Shown: positions 36,117-45,307 of the stretch, piece after piece | How positions within the stretch are numbered: the first letter of the stretch is position 1 | Layout of the letters: every line of letters starts with the position of its first letter | Origin: an uncultured Chloroflexia bacterium | Lineage (GTDB): Bacteria > Chloroflexota > Limnocylindria > QHBO01 | Direction: 5' to 3' | Length of the DNA stretch: 64,000 bases | Assembly (NCBI GenBank): GCA_963760875.1 | Contig: CAVXEH010000002.1 | Location: forward strand, 263,358-327,357 | Translations under genes and position numbers: made by a program | The notes under the pieces: model-generated | Database searches by the model: none | Seen by the model: the letters and a program-made list of their open reading frames with translations, nothing else | What the model was told of the DNA's origin: nothing

Positions 36117-38603
36117 TCAGCCGGGGAAGAGGCGGCGCAGGCGACGATAGGCGTTTGCGGCAGGTCCCCGCCTTCCCCGGAGCCAGTCCTCGTCGCTCAT
36201 GCGCGGTGGGCCAGCCGGGCGCGGCGCCAGCGGTGGTATGCCCGGGTTCGCCACCGTCGGCTCGCCTTGCGGGGCTGGCAGCGGATGCTCGGCCGCACCG
36301 GCGGAGTGGGCCTTGGCGGCGTCATCCTGGGTCGGGGCTTCTCCGCTTGCCTCGGCCTCGGCGGGAGTCGTTGACGGCTGTTCGAGATCCGGTGTCCCGC
36401 TCGCCGCTGGCACCGGCTCCGGCGTGCCGCGCAGGGAAGCGAACGCCGCATCGAGCTCGGCTGCGCCCGGAAGGCGTATTCCCGCGGATGCCGATGGCGC
36501 CATCGGCTCAGCGACCTCGCTCGGCGGAGTGGTGGACAGCGATTCGGGTGACTCCTCCTCGGCAGGCCCCGGGTCGGCCTCGTGGTGCGGTGTCGCCTCG
36601 ACCGGTGGTGCCTGGCTTTGCGGGGACGCTTCACCCTGGTCGCCAAGGAGGGAACGAATCGCGGCCAGCTCCCCTTCGTCCCAGCCGCGCAGCCGTGCGA
36701 GGCGCTCGAGCTCCTCGTCCTCGCGCGACGCGTCGGTGGTCGCCTCGTCGATCGGCGGCCGCGGCGAGGGCATCGTCGACTCGCCCAGCGCTTTCCAGGC
36801 TGTGCTGCTTGGCCGGAACTCGTCGCCGAGCCACATCAGCTCTTCCTCGAGCGCATCCGACGTCTCGGCCCGGTTCGAGGTCGCATCGTCCTTCGACGCC
36901 GGGAGCGGGGCCGGCTCGGAATCGGGAACCTGACCCATCGGCTCGTAGAGGAGCAGGTAGTCGTCCGACGCGGACTGGTCTGCTGTGTCTGTCGCGGAGG
37001 GAGAGGCGGTCATCTCCATCTCCGCGGCGATCTCCTCATCGGGCGGCGGCGGCCAGCCAGCCATCTCCGGGATCTGTCGAGCCTCGGCCTCGCCGGCCAC
37101 GCGAGGCGCATCCGGTTGCACATCAACCGCGCTCGCGCCGTCCGCGGTCAGCTGCAGTTCGGATTCGGCTTCGGGTTCGAATTCGTGGAGGATGACTTCT
37201 TCGACTGCCACCGCGGGCTCTTCGAGCAGCATATCCGGGGGTTGGGGCTCCGCCTCGGGCTCCGCCTCCGTGGTGAGCATCTCCGGAGCCCGGGGCTCGG
37301 GCTCCGCCATCGGCTCTTCGACGATCGACACCTGTGCCTCGATCGCCTCCGCTTCGATCGGCGCGGCGCCAGCTTCGGCGGGTGGCTCGGCGGCTGCCTC
37401 TTCGGCCTGCGGCGCCGTTGCCACCGTGGCGTCCCAGCCGCCCTCGAGGTCCTCTTCCGCAATCCAGTCCGGCTCGTCCCACTCCGAGGAGTACTCCACG
37501 CGACCGGGGGGCTCCGGGGGCTCCGGGGGCTCCGCGGACTCCGCCGGCTCAGCCACATCCTGGGACGGGGATTCGGGGCCCGGCGCCGGCTGGAGCGCCA
37601 TGGATCCGGTATCTGCTTCTGTCGACTCTGGAGCACGGGCGGGCGTGGCCTCGAGCTCCTCCGCGGGCAGCTCGGCGCTCGGGGCCACCGCAGTCGGGGC
37701 ACTGAGCTCGTCAACCGCCTCCGGAACACCAGGCTCCATCCCCCGGACCAGGAATGGGACCCCGCCACCGGTGGGGATCTCGCGGCGCATCGCGGCGATT
37801 GCCTCGGCAGCGTCCTCGGCGCCTGGCAGAGAAGCGCTGGTCGGATCCTCTGCCCGGGCAAGCGCCTCGGCAATGCCTGTCACCGCCGAGGGCGACCCCC
37901 GCCGGCGGCGGTGGTGGCGCCGGGGCTTCTCCTTGGCCTGCTCGACGTCCTCCGCGACATCGCCCTGGCTCGTCGCATGCGGTTCATCGTCGATCTCGAT
38001 CTCCTGCTCGGCCGAGGTCGCCGTTGCGACCTCGGGAACGTCCACGGGAGCACCCTCGGCATGGGCAGCATCGGTCTCGCGGGCATCGGCCTCATGGGCA
38101 TCAAATGTCGGTTCGCGCTCGTCCGCAGGCCCCGCACCTTCTCCGGCGGGGAGCTCGGTCGCAACGCCGGGCGGCGGTGCCGTCCAGGCGGAGGCCCATC
38201 CCGCCGGACCGGGCAGCCGGAGATCCAGCCGGGCCTCCAGAAGCTCGACCCTGGCGCGCAGACCGGCGACCTCGCCGCGGGCCTCTCCCAGGGCGAGGAG
38301 GGCCTGGCCGTAGCGCTCGGTCAGGTGGCGGAACTCCGTGAGCAGCTCGCGGAAGGGCGACGCTTCGAAGGCGGCGTCGGCGGGGCTGCCATTCCCGTGC
38401 GCGTCGCCATTGGTTCCGCGCTCGCCCGGGTCGGGCACTCCGGCCACCGCGCCCGGCACCGGTGGAGAGCCGCGCAGGAGGACGCGCATGCCCCCGCCAT
38501 CCTCCTGGGTCCCGGCCAGGACGCCTCGCGCCAGCAGCTCCCAGACGCGTCCCGTGGGCACCCCGAGGATGGTTGCCGCCTCGTCGACCGAGTAGCCTTC
38601 CAT
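36117..38603 (-). CDS. N-terminal HTH (excisionase/MerR-like) plus coiled coil plus very long acidic, Pro/Ala-rich disordered region (~828 aa)
   Basis: MEGYSVDEAATILGV...VWELLARGVL; FRHLTERYGQALLALGEARGEVAGLRARVELLE; E/P/A-rich body; basic C-terminal helix. Confidence 0.75.
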   Translation of the reverse strand: MEGYSVDEAATILGVPTGRVWELLARGVLAGTQEDGGGMRVLLRGSPPVPGAVAGVPDPGERGTNGDAHGNGSPADAAFEASPFRELLTEFRHLTERYGQALLALGEARGEVAGLRARVELLEARLDLRLPGPAGWASAWTAPPPGVATELPAGEGAGPADEREPTFDAHEADARETDAAHAEGAPVDVPEVATATSAEQEIEIDDEPHATSQGDVAEDVEQAKEKPRRHHRRRRGSPSAVTGIAEALARAEDPTSASLPGAEDAAEAIAAMRREIPTGGGVPFLVRGMEPGVPEAVDELSAPTAVAPSAELPAEELEATPARAPESTEADTGSMALQPAPGPESPSQDVAEPAESAEPPEPPEPPGRVEYSSEWDEPDWIAEEDLEGGWDATVATAPQAEEAAAEPPAEAGAAPIEAEAIEAQVSIVEEPMAEPEPRAPEMLTTEAEPEAEPQPPDMLLEEPAVAVEEVILHEFEPEAESELQLTADGASAVDVQPDAPRVAGEAEARQIPEMAGWPPPPDEEIAAEMEMTASPSATDTADQSASDDYLLLYEPMGQVPDSEPAPLPASKDDATSNRAETSDALEEELMWLGDEFRPSSTAWKALGESTMPSPRPPIDEATTDASREDEELERLARLRGWDEGELAAIRSLLGDQGEASPQSQAPPVEATPHHEADPGPAEEESPESLSTTPPSEVAEPMAPSASAGIRLPGAAELDAAFASLRGTPEPVPAASGTPDLEQPSTTPAEAEASGEAPTQDDAAKAHSAGAAEHPLPAPQGEPTVANPGIPPLAPRPAGPPRMSDEDWLRGRRGPAANAYRRLRRLFPG

Positions 38604-38719
38604 CACGGGGCAGATAGGGTAACGCCTCGTCGGCGTTCCGGCGATAGGCGCCGCGCCGGGGGCGCGCAGAACGCCACGACCATCGCTATCATCCTCGGGC
38701 CCATGATGTATCGCACCCT

Positions 38720-40891
38720 GTGAGCAGTCCTGTCGAGATTCCGGTCCTTCCACAGCACGACCTGAATCTCCCGAGCGGCCTCGAGGATCTCGGGGAGCTC
38801 GCCTACAACCTGTGGTGGAGCTGGACCCCACGCGCGGGCCAGCTCTTCAGCCGCATCGATTCGGCGGCCTGGGCACGGCACCACAACCCCATCCCGGTGC
38901 TTCGCGGCACCGATGTCGCACGTTGGGCGGAGCTCACCGCGGACGAGGACTTCATGGTCGACGCCAGTCGCCTTCTGGACGAATTCGGACGATACCTCGC
39001 CAACGGTTCGGACAGCTGGTATCGGCGCGCGGCGGCCGCCAACCCGGATCGGGCCCTCGGCAGCCCCGTGGCCTACTTCTGCGCCGAATTCGGCATCCAC
39101 GAGTCCATGCAGATCTACTCCGGCGGGCTCGGGATCCTGGCTGGCGACCACTGCAAGTCCGCCTCGGACGCCGCGGTCCCGTTCGTGGGCGTGGGCCTTC
39201 TGTATCGCCACGGCTACTTCCGCCAGCAGATCGACGCCGATGGCCACCAGGAGCACACCCAGCCCTACCTGGACCCCATGAACCTGCCCCTGCGACGGGC
39301 GCGCGCCCGCGATGGCTCACCGCTGCGGATCCCGCTGGACTTCCCCGGACGGATCGTCCACGCCGCGGTCTGGGTCGCCCAGGTGGGGCGCGTGCCGATC
39401 CTGCTCCTCGACAGCGACATCCCCAGCAACGACCCCGCCGATCGGCCCATCACCGACATCCTCTATGTCCGCGGGCGCGAGATGCGCCTCTGCCAGGAGA
39501 TCATCCTGGGCATCGGGGGCGTGCGCGCCCTGCGCGCCCTGGGCATCGAGCCCGGGGTCTGGCACCTCAACGAGGGACACTCGGCCTTCCTTCTCCTGGA
39601 GCGCGCGCGCGAGCTCGTGCAGGGGACCCCGGGCCTGCCCATCCGCGAGGCGCTGAAGCGGGTGGGTCAGGACGCGGTGTTCACCATCCACACGCCCGTG
39701 CCGGCCGGCAACGAGGCCTTCGATCGCGCGCTTGTCACCAAGAACCTGGCGCCCTGGTTCGAGCACACGGGCTGCGATGCCGGGGAGTTCCTGGAGCTGG
39801 GCCGCGGCCGCACGGACGACCCCAACGCCCCCTTTGACATGACGGCCTTCGTGCTGCGGCACGCGGCGGACGCGAATGCGGTGAGCCAGCTCCACGCGCG
39901 CACGGCGACCCAGACATGGCAGGACGTCGCTGGTCATCCCATTGGTGCGGTGACCAACGGGGTGCACGTGGCGAGCTGGCTGGGCCGCCCCCTCCGGCGC
40001 CTGTACGAGCGCGCCGCCGGCGTCTCGCTGGCGTCCGACGTGCCCGGACCGGAGCCGTTCGCCCAGCTCGGCCGGGTGAACGACGCCGACCTGTGGGGCG
40101 CGCACCAGCAGCAGAAGCGCGAGCTGTTCGGCTTCGCCGAGCGCCGGCTGGCTCGCCAGTTCGCGCGACACGGCGAGTCGCCGGACGTCCTGCGCCAGAT
40201 TCGTGGCCGGCTGGACCCCGAGGCGCTGACCATCGGGTTCGCCCGGCGCTTCGCCACGTACAAGCGCGCGGATCTCATCTTCCGCGACGAGGCACGGCTG
40301 GCGCGGCTGCTGTCGAACCCGGAGCGGCCGGTGCAGATTGTCCTGGCCGGCAAGGCCCATCCGGCCGATCGGCCCGGGCAGCAGGTGATCCAGCACATCT
40401 TCAGCCTGAGCCGCTCAGGCCAGCTTCGCGGCCGCGTCTTCATCGTCGAGGACTACGACATCCGGGTCGCCCGCTTCCTGGTGGGCGGCGTGGACATCTG
40501 GCTCAACAACCCGCGCCGTCCAATGGAGGCCTCCGGGACGTCCGGCATGAAGGCCGCCATCAATGCCATCCCGTCGGTGAGCATCCTCGACGGCTGGTGG
40601 GACGAGGGGTTCAACGGCCGCAACGGCTGGGCGATCGGCGGGCGCGAGACGAACGGCGACGAGATGGCCCAGGACGAGGCGGACGCAGCGGAGCTGTATC
40701 GGCTCCTCGAGGAGGAGATCGTCCCCCGCTTCTTCGCGCGCGATGGCGACGGCGTGCCACGAGCCTGGGTCGAGACCATGCGCGCCGCGGTGGAGGGGTC
40801 GATCTGGCGCTTCTCCACGGCTCGCATGCTGGGCGAATACGTGGAGCGGCTGTATCTTCCCGCGTCGCGCGCCAGCGTCTCGGTGGGCTGA
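38720..40891 (+). CDS. glgP: Alpha-glucan (glycogen) phosphorylase
   Basis: LAYNLWWSW, YSGGLGILAGDH, HLNEGH, GFARRFATYKR and EASGTSGMK motifs. Confidence 0.95.
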   Translation: MSSPVEIPVLPQHDLNLPSGLEDLGELAYNLWWSWTPRAGQLFSRIDSAAWARHHNPIPVLRGTDVARWAELTADEDFMVDASRLLDEFGRYLANGSDSWYRRAAAANPDRALGSPVAYFCAEFGIHESMQIYSGGLGILAGDHCKSASDAAVPFVGVGLLYRHGYFRQQIDADGHQEHTQPYLDPMNLPLRRARARDGSPLRIPLDFPGRIVHAAVWVAQVGRVPILLLDSDIPSNDPADRPITDILYVRGREMRLCQEIILGIGGVRALRALGIEPGVWHLNEGHSAFLLLERARELVQGTPGLPIREALKRVGQDAVFTIHTPVPAGNEAFDRALVTKNLAPWFEHTGCDAGEFLELGRGRTDDPNAPFDMTAFVLRHAADANAVSQLHARTATQTWQDVAGHPIGAVTNGVHVASWLGRPLRRLYERAAGVSLASDVPGPEPFAQLGRVNDADLWGAHQQQKRELFGFAERRLARQFARHGESPDVLRQIRGRLDPEALTIGFARRFATYKRADLIFRDEARLARLLSNPERPVQIVLAGKAHPADRPGQQVIQHIFSLSRSGQLRGRVFIVEDYDIRVARFLVGGVDIWLNNPRRPMEASGTSGMKAAINAIPSVSILDGWWDEGFNGRNGWAIGGRETNGDEMAQDEADAAELYRLLEEEIVPRFFARDGDGVPRAWVETMRAAVEGSIWRFSTARMLGEYVERLYLPASRASVSVG

Positions 40892-40948
40892 GCCACCCAC
40901 GCGGCGGCAGCGGCCGCGCCGTATGCCGTCCTCAGCGGGGCGGTTCGA

Positions 40949-42259
40949 TCAGGGCAGGTAGGCCAGCGGGTTCCGCCAGGCGCCGTTGACGTTGATCGCG
41001 AAGTGGAGGTGGCACCCGGTCGCGAACCCGGTCGCGCCCTCGTAGCCGATGACCTGCCCGCGCGCGACGGCCTGCCCGGGGTGGACGATGACCCGCGGCT
41101 GCATGTGCCAGTACCAGGTCTGCAGCCCGCCGCCATGGTTGATGATCACGCCATAGGCGTAGTCGTACGGATACAGTGGCTGGCCCGATGCCGCCACGAT
41201 CCCGTTCGCCGCGGCCTTGATGGGCGTCCCGCAGCCGCGAGCCATGTCGAGGCCGGTGTGGAAGTGCGCATAACCGCCATACGACGGCTCCAGGCTGAAG
41301 GTCGTAGGCCCGTAGTACTGGGTGATCGTGGTCGGGTATTCCGGCCAGATGAAGCCGCCCGGACCGACGAGGGAGGCGGCGGCCTGCTCCGCCTGGAGCT
41401 TCTTGACGAGCGAGGCCTGGGCGCTGGCGGCCGCCTGCACCTTGGCGATCGAGGCCTTCAGGTTCGCCTGCGCGGCCAGGGACGCGTTCAGCTTCGCTTC
41501 CTGCTCTGCCTTCTGCCGCTCCCACTGCTTCTTCAGAGTGGCGAGCTGCTTCTGCAGGGTGGTGAGCTCTGCCTGCTGCGCGGAGAGCTTCGTCTCCTGG
41601 TCGGTGGCCTGCGCCTGCGCGTCGGCGAGCGCCGCGCGACCGTCGGTCAGCTCCTGCTGCTTGATGGCGAGCTGCGCCCGGATGCTGCGGATCTCATCGG
41701 CCAGCGCCTTGTCCTGGTCGGACACGGTGAGCAGGTAACCGACCTGGTTGGTGGCATCGTCCAGCGATCGGGCGGAGAGCAGCACCTCGAGAAGGGATGT
41801 CTGGCTCTGCTCGTACGCCGCCCGCAGGTGGTCCTGGAGCAGCGACTCGCGGCTTTGGAGCTCCGCGGTCTGGACCGTGATCTCGTCCGCGACCTGCTGC
41901 AGCTGAGCGTCGAGCTGGGCGATCTGGTTCTTGAGCGTCTCCAGCTGGGCCTTGAGCTCGTTGACCTGGCTTGTGACGGCGTCGACCAGGGTGGAGACCT
42001 GCTGGTACTGCGCCGTCACCGACGCGAGCTTGGACTTTGCCAGGGCCAGCGCGTTGCTGAGCTGGGTCGCGGTGCTGCGAAGCGACGCGAGCTGGGCCCG
42101 CTGGGTGGCGAGCTCGTGCTCGAGCTGCTGCTGCTTCGCCTTGGCGTCCGACAGCGGATCGCCGGCGAGGGTGACGCTGGTGGGCTGGGTGCCGACCAGC
42201 AGCCAGCTGACTGCCACGAGTGCCATGACCAGCGCGGCCAGGCGTGTGCGCCGCGTCAA
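40949..42259 (-). CDS. Secreted coiled-coil M23 peptidase (EnvC/CwlO-like architecture)
   Basis: Signal peptide, long Q/L/A coiled coil, HTGLD, YWH and ATGCHLHF motifs. TTG start behind GGGAG. Confidence 0.9.
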   Translation of the reverse strand: MTRRTRLAALVMALVAVSWLLVGTQPTSVTLAGDPLSDAKAKQQQLEHELATQRAQLASLRSTATQLSNALALAKSKLASVTAQYQQVSTLVDAVTSQVNELKAQLETLKNQIAQLDAQLQQVADEITVQTAELQSRESLLQDHLRAAYEQSQTSLLEVLLSARSLDDATNQVGYLLTVSDQDKALADEIRSIRAQLAIKQQELTDGRAALADAQAQATDQETKLSAQQAELTTLQKQLATLKKQWERQKAEQEAKLNASLAAQANLKASIAKVQAAASAQASLVKKLQAEQAAASLVGPGGFIWPEYPTTITQYYGPTTFSLEPSYGGYAHFHTGLDMARGCGTPIKAAANGIVAASGQPLYPYDYAYGVIINHGGGLQTWYWHMQPRVIVHPGQAVARGQVIGYEGATGFATGCHLHFAINVNGAWRNPLAYLP

Positions 42260-42383
42260 GCGGCCGTCTCCCCGGTTGCGTGCAATGCGCGGGTGCCCCA
42301 TCTGCTCCGTGTGCCGCGGCGCATGCTACCTGAGTCTGTCGCCCCGTGTCAGACCCGAATGTACTACACCGTAGTACCTGAAT

Positions 42384-43325
42384 CTACCCCGGCGACTGGA
42401 CGGGTGGTTCGGGCGATCCGGAAGCGGCGGCCGCCGGCTGCCGTGCGGCGAGGGCAGCGGCTTCCGCCTCGAGCGCACCGGCCCGAACCAGCTCGGCACC
42501 GAGCAGCAGGATGACGCTCGAGAAATAGAGGAAGACGAGGATCGAGATCGCGGTGCCGATAGGCCCGAACACCGTGTCGTACTTCGCCACGCGGGTCGCG
42601 TAATAAGTGAACCCCAGGCGCAGCGCCGTCCACAGGACGGTGGCCAGCAGCGCGCCGGGCCACGCCTCGCCAACGGTCACCGGCCGGTTGGGCACCACCC
42701 GGTAGACGACCAGGAAGGCGAAGAAGACGAGCCCGACCGGGATGAGCAGGGTGACGACCGCGAACAGCACGTCGGTGCCGGGCACGGTGAGATACGAGGA
42801 CACCGCATCCTCCAGCGCCCGGGTCGCCAGCCCCAGCGCCACGGAGGCGATGACCAGGATGCCAATGGCTGCCAGCAGGGCCAGCCCAATCAGCCGATCC
42901 TTCCAGAAGGCCCGCTTGGGGGCCCGGACGAAGACACGGCTGATGCCCGAGCTGAGGGCTCCGAATGCGCCCAGGGCGCTCCACAGCAGGAGCGCGAGGC
43001 CGATGATCCCCACCCCGCCGCGAGCCGCCACGGCGCGATCGATCAGGGATCCGATCTGCCCGGGGTCCACCGGAAGCGCGCGGGCGACTCGATCGATGAC
43101 GAAGCTGCGCGCCGCTCCCTCGCCTACGAGGTAGCTGGCCGCCACGACGCCCAGGATGAAGACGTTCACCAGCGACAGGACGATGAAGTACGCCATGGCA
43201 CCGGCATACTGGAGCGCCTCGTGCCCCAGGAACCCGGCGATGGTGGCGCGCGTGATGCGGGTCGAGCGATGGCGGGCCGCCCACTGGTTCACGCGGGCGA
43301 CGTAGCGGCGAATCCGATCTCCCAT
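42384..43325 (-). CDS. YihY/virulence factor BrkB family membrane protein
   Basis: AGAMAYF, YRVVPN..WPGAL and YDTVFG...LVFLYFSSVILLLGAE motifs. Confidence 0.9.
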   Translation of the reverse strand: MGDRIRRYVARVNQWAARHRSTRITRATIAGFLGHEALQYAGAMAYFIVLSLVNVFILGVVAASYLVGEGAARSFVIDRVARALPVDPGQIGSLIDRAVAARGGVGIIGLALLLWSALGAFGALSSGISRVFVRAPKRAFWKDRLIGLALLAAIGILVIASVALGLATRALEDAVSSYLTVPGTDVLFAVVTLLIPVGLVFFAFLVVYRVVPNRPVTVGEAWPGALLATVLWTALRLGFTYYATRVAKYDTVFGPIGTAISILVFLYFSSVILLLGAELVRAGALEAEAAALAARQPAAAASGSPEPPVQSPG

Positions 43326-43363
43326 CTCCCTCCAAGGCTACTCATCTCGGCTAGGCTGTCGTC

Positions 43364-44773
43364 ATGCCGGGCAGCAAGTCTGAGGCCATGGAGCTCGACG
43401 GGTTCGCCGTCACCATCTCGAACCCCGACAAGGTGTACTTCCCGCAGATCGGGGCAACGAAGGGCGAGCTGGTCGCCTACTACCTCGCCGTGGCCGATGG
43501 GGCCCTGCGTGGCGTGCGCGGCCGGCCCATGGCGCTCAAGCGCTTCGTCAACGGGGCGGCCGGGGAGGCCTTCTTCCAGAAGCGGGCTCCGGCATCGGTC
43601 CCGGAGTTCATCACGACGGTGGAGCTCTCCTTCCCGTCCGGGCGCACGGCCGACGAGGTTGTCGTCAGCAACCGTGCGGCCCTGGCCTGGGTGGTGAACC
43701 TGGGCTGCATCGACCTCAACCCCCACCCCATCCGCGACGACGACGTGGACCACCCCGACGAGCTGCGCGTGGACCTCGATCCGGGACCCGGGGTGCCGTG
43801 GGCGGATGTTCGGAGCGTGGCGCTCGCGGTCCGCGAGGTGCTCGCCGATTACGGGCTGGCGGGCTGGCCCAAGACGTCCGGCTCACGGGGCATCCACGTC
43901 TACTCACGGATCGAGCGGCAGTGGGGCTTCTCGGAGGTGCGCTCCGCGGCAGTTGCCCTGGCCCGCGAGGTGGAGCGCCGGGTCCCGGCCATCGCCACCA
44001 GCAAGTGGTGGAAGGAGGAGCGCCACGGCGTGTTCATCGACTACAACCAGAACGCCAAGGACCGCACGGTGGCCTCGGCCTACTCCGTCCGCCCCGTCCC
44101 GGATGCCTGGGTCAGCGCCCCCCTGACCTGGGATGAACTGCCCGATGCCGAGCTGGGCGACTTCACCCTGCGCACCATGCCGGACCGATACGCCCGCCTG
44201 GGGGACCTGGGCGCCGGGATCGACGACGCGGTGGGGTCGCTGGAAGGGCTGCTGGAGCTGGCCGCCCGGCAGGCGGCGGAGGGACAGGGAGAGGCCCCCT
44301 GGCCGCCGCACTACGCCAAGGCGCCGGGCGAGCCACCCCGGGTGCAGCCGTCGAAGCGCCGTCGCGGTCGCGATCCATCTCCGCCCACCGATCCGGGCGC
44401 TCCGCGGGGTCGTGCCGGCTCCGTGCCGCCGGCGATTCCCTCCGCCGTCGCGCGGCAGGCCGATGGGTCGGTCAGCCCCACCGGGCGGCGCCGCTCTCGC
44501 CACCCGTTGCTGGTGGTCGCCCAGGCAGCGAAGAAGGAGGACGCCCTGGCCGGCCTGGACCGATGGCGCGCTCGCCATCCGGACGCGGCGCAGCATCTCG
44601 CCGTCGACGACGTGCTGGTGGACGGCATGCGCGGGCGGTACACGCTGTGGTGGAGGGTCCGGGTCAACCTGCGCCACGTCCCCGAGGACCAACGCCCCCC
44701 GCAGGAGCTGCCCGATCCGGACTACGACCCGTGGGCGGAGTTCCGGCAGGCGGCCAGGGATCCCCAGCCCTGA
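43364..44773 (+). CDS. Stand-alone primase-polymerase (LigD polymerase domain / Prim-PolC-like) with C-terminal extension
   Basis: SNPDKVYFP, FFQKRAP, ELRVDLDP, KTSGSRGIH and FIDYNQNAKDRTVASAYSVR motifs. TAGGCT lies 6 nt before the ATG. Confidence 0.9.
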   Translation: MPGSKSEAMELDGFAVTISNPDKVYFPQIGATKGELVAYYLAVADGALRGVRGRPMALKRFVNGAAGEAFFQKRAPASVPEFITTVELSFPSGRTADEVVVSNRAALAWVVNLGCIDLNPHPIRDDDVDHPDELRVDLDPGPGVPWADVRSVALAVREVLADYGLAGWPKTSGSRGIHVYSRIERQWGFSEVRSAAVALAREVERRVPAIATSKWWKEERHGVFIDYNQNAKDRTVASAYSVRPVPDAWVSAPLTWDELPDAELGDFTLRTMPDRYARLGDLGAGIDDAVGSLEGLLELAARQAAEGQGEAPWPPHYAKAPGEPPRVQPSKRRRGRDPSPPTDPGAPRGRAGSVPPAIPSAVARQADGSVSPTGRRRSRHPLLVVAQAAKKEDALAGLDRWRARHPDAAQHLAVDDVLVDGMRGRYTLWWRVRVNLRHVPEDQRPPQELPDPDYDPWAEFRQAARDPQP

Positions 44774-44795
44774 GCGGCGATCGGTCGCGGCGGCT

Positions 44796-45215
44796 TCAGC
44801 CGAGGCGGTCGAGGAGCAGCATCGGGATGACGCGGGAGGTCTTCGACGGATAGTCGCGGAACTCGGGCCGCTCCGTGGCGTGCTGCTCCCAGAGCCGGTC
44901 GCGCTCCGCCCCCGTCGCCTCGGTGGCCCGCACCTGGAACGTCTCGCCGCCCGTCTCCACGGAGGCCACGGGGTTCGTTCGCAGGTTGTGGTACCAGGCA
45001 GGGTTGGTGGGTGCGCCACCTTTGCTGGCGGCGATGACGTAGCGGTCGCCGTCGCGGCTGAAGGTCACCACGGCGGTTCGGGGGGCACCGCTGCGAGCTC
45101 CCTGCGTGGTGAGGATCATGAGCGGCCGACCCGCCATCGGGCCCGCGGTGGGCCGTCCGTGCTCGCGGATGTCGGCGACCAGCGCTCGCTGGAACGCTTC
45201 GTAGTCGGTGGACAT
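44796..45215 (-). CDS. Deazaflavin (F420)-dependent oxidoreductase, nitroreductase/Ddn family
   Basis: ILTTQGARSG..RT, IAASKGGAPTNPAWYHNL..P and Y..KT.RVIP motifs. Confidence 0.9.
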   Translation of the reverse strand: MSTDYEAFQRALVADIREHGRPTAGPMAGRPLMILTTQGARSGAPRTAVVTFSRDGDRYVIAASKGGAPTNPAWYHNLRTNPVASVETGGETFQVRATEATGAERDRLWEQHATERPEFRDYPSKTSRVIPMLLLDRLG

Positions 45216-45307
45216 GTGCGCAGGGTCTCCCGGCAGCTCGGCTCAGGTAATTGCTCGCGCAAGTATTGCACTCATGGGGCAGCGCTGCAGGCGGCGGGAC
45301 GCGAAGC

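Noticed and set aside
37500-37545. Micro-repeats such as (ggctccggg)n here, gatcgagctg x2 near 8620, and gcaccgtgaccgtt x2 near 11640
   Set aside because: These are in-frame low-complexity protein repeats with no sign of independent function.
36117-38603. Prophage or ICE excisionase
   Set aside because: The HTH resembles that family, but no integrase, att sites or phage genes flank it, and it is fused to a long disordered region.
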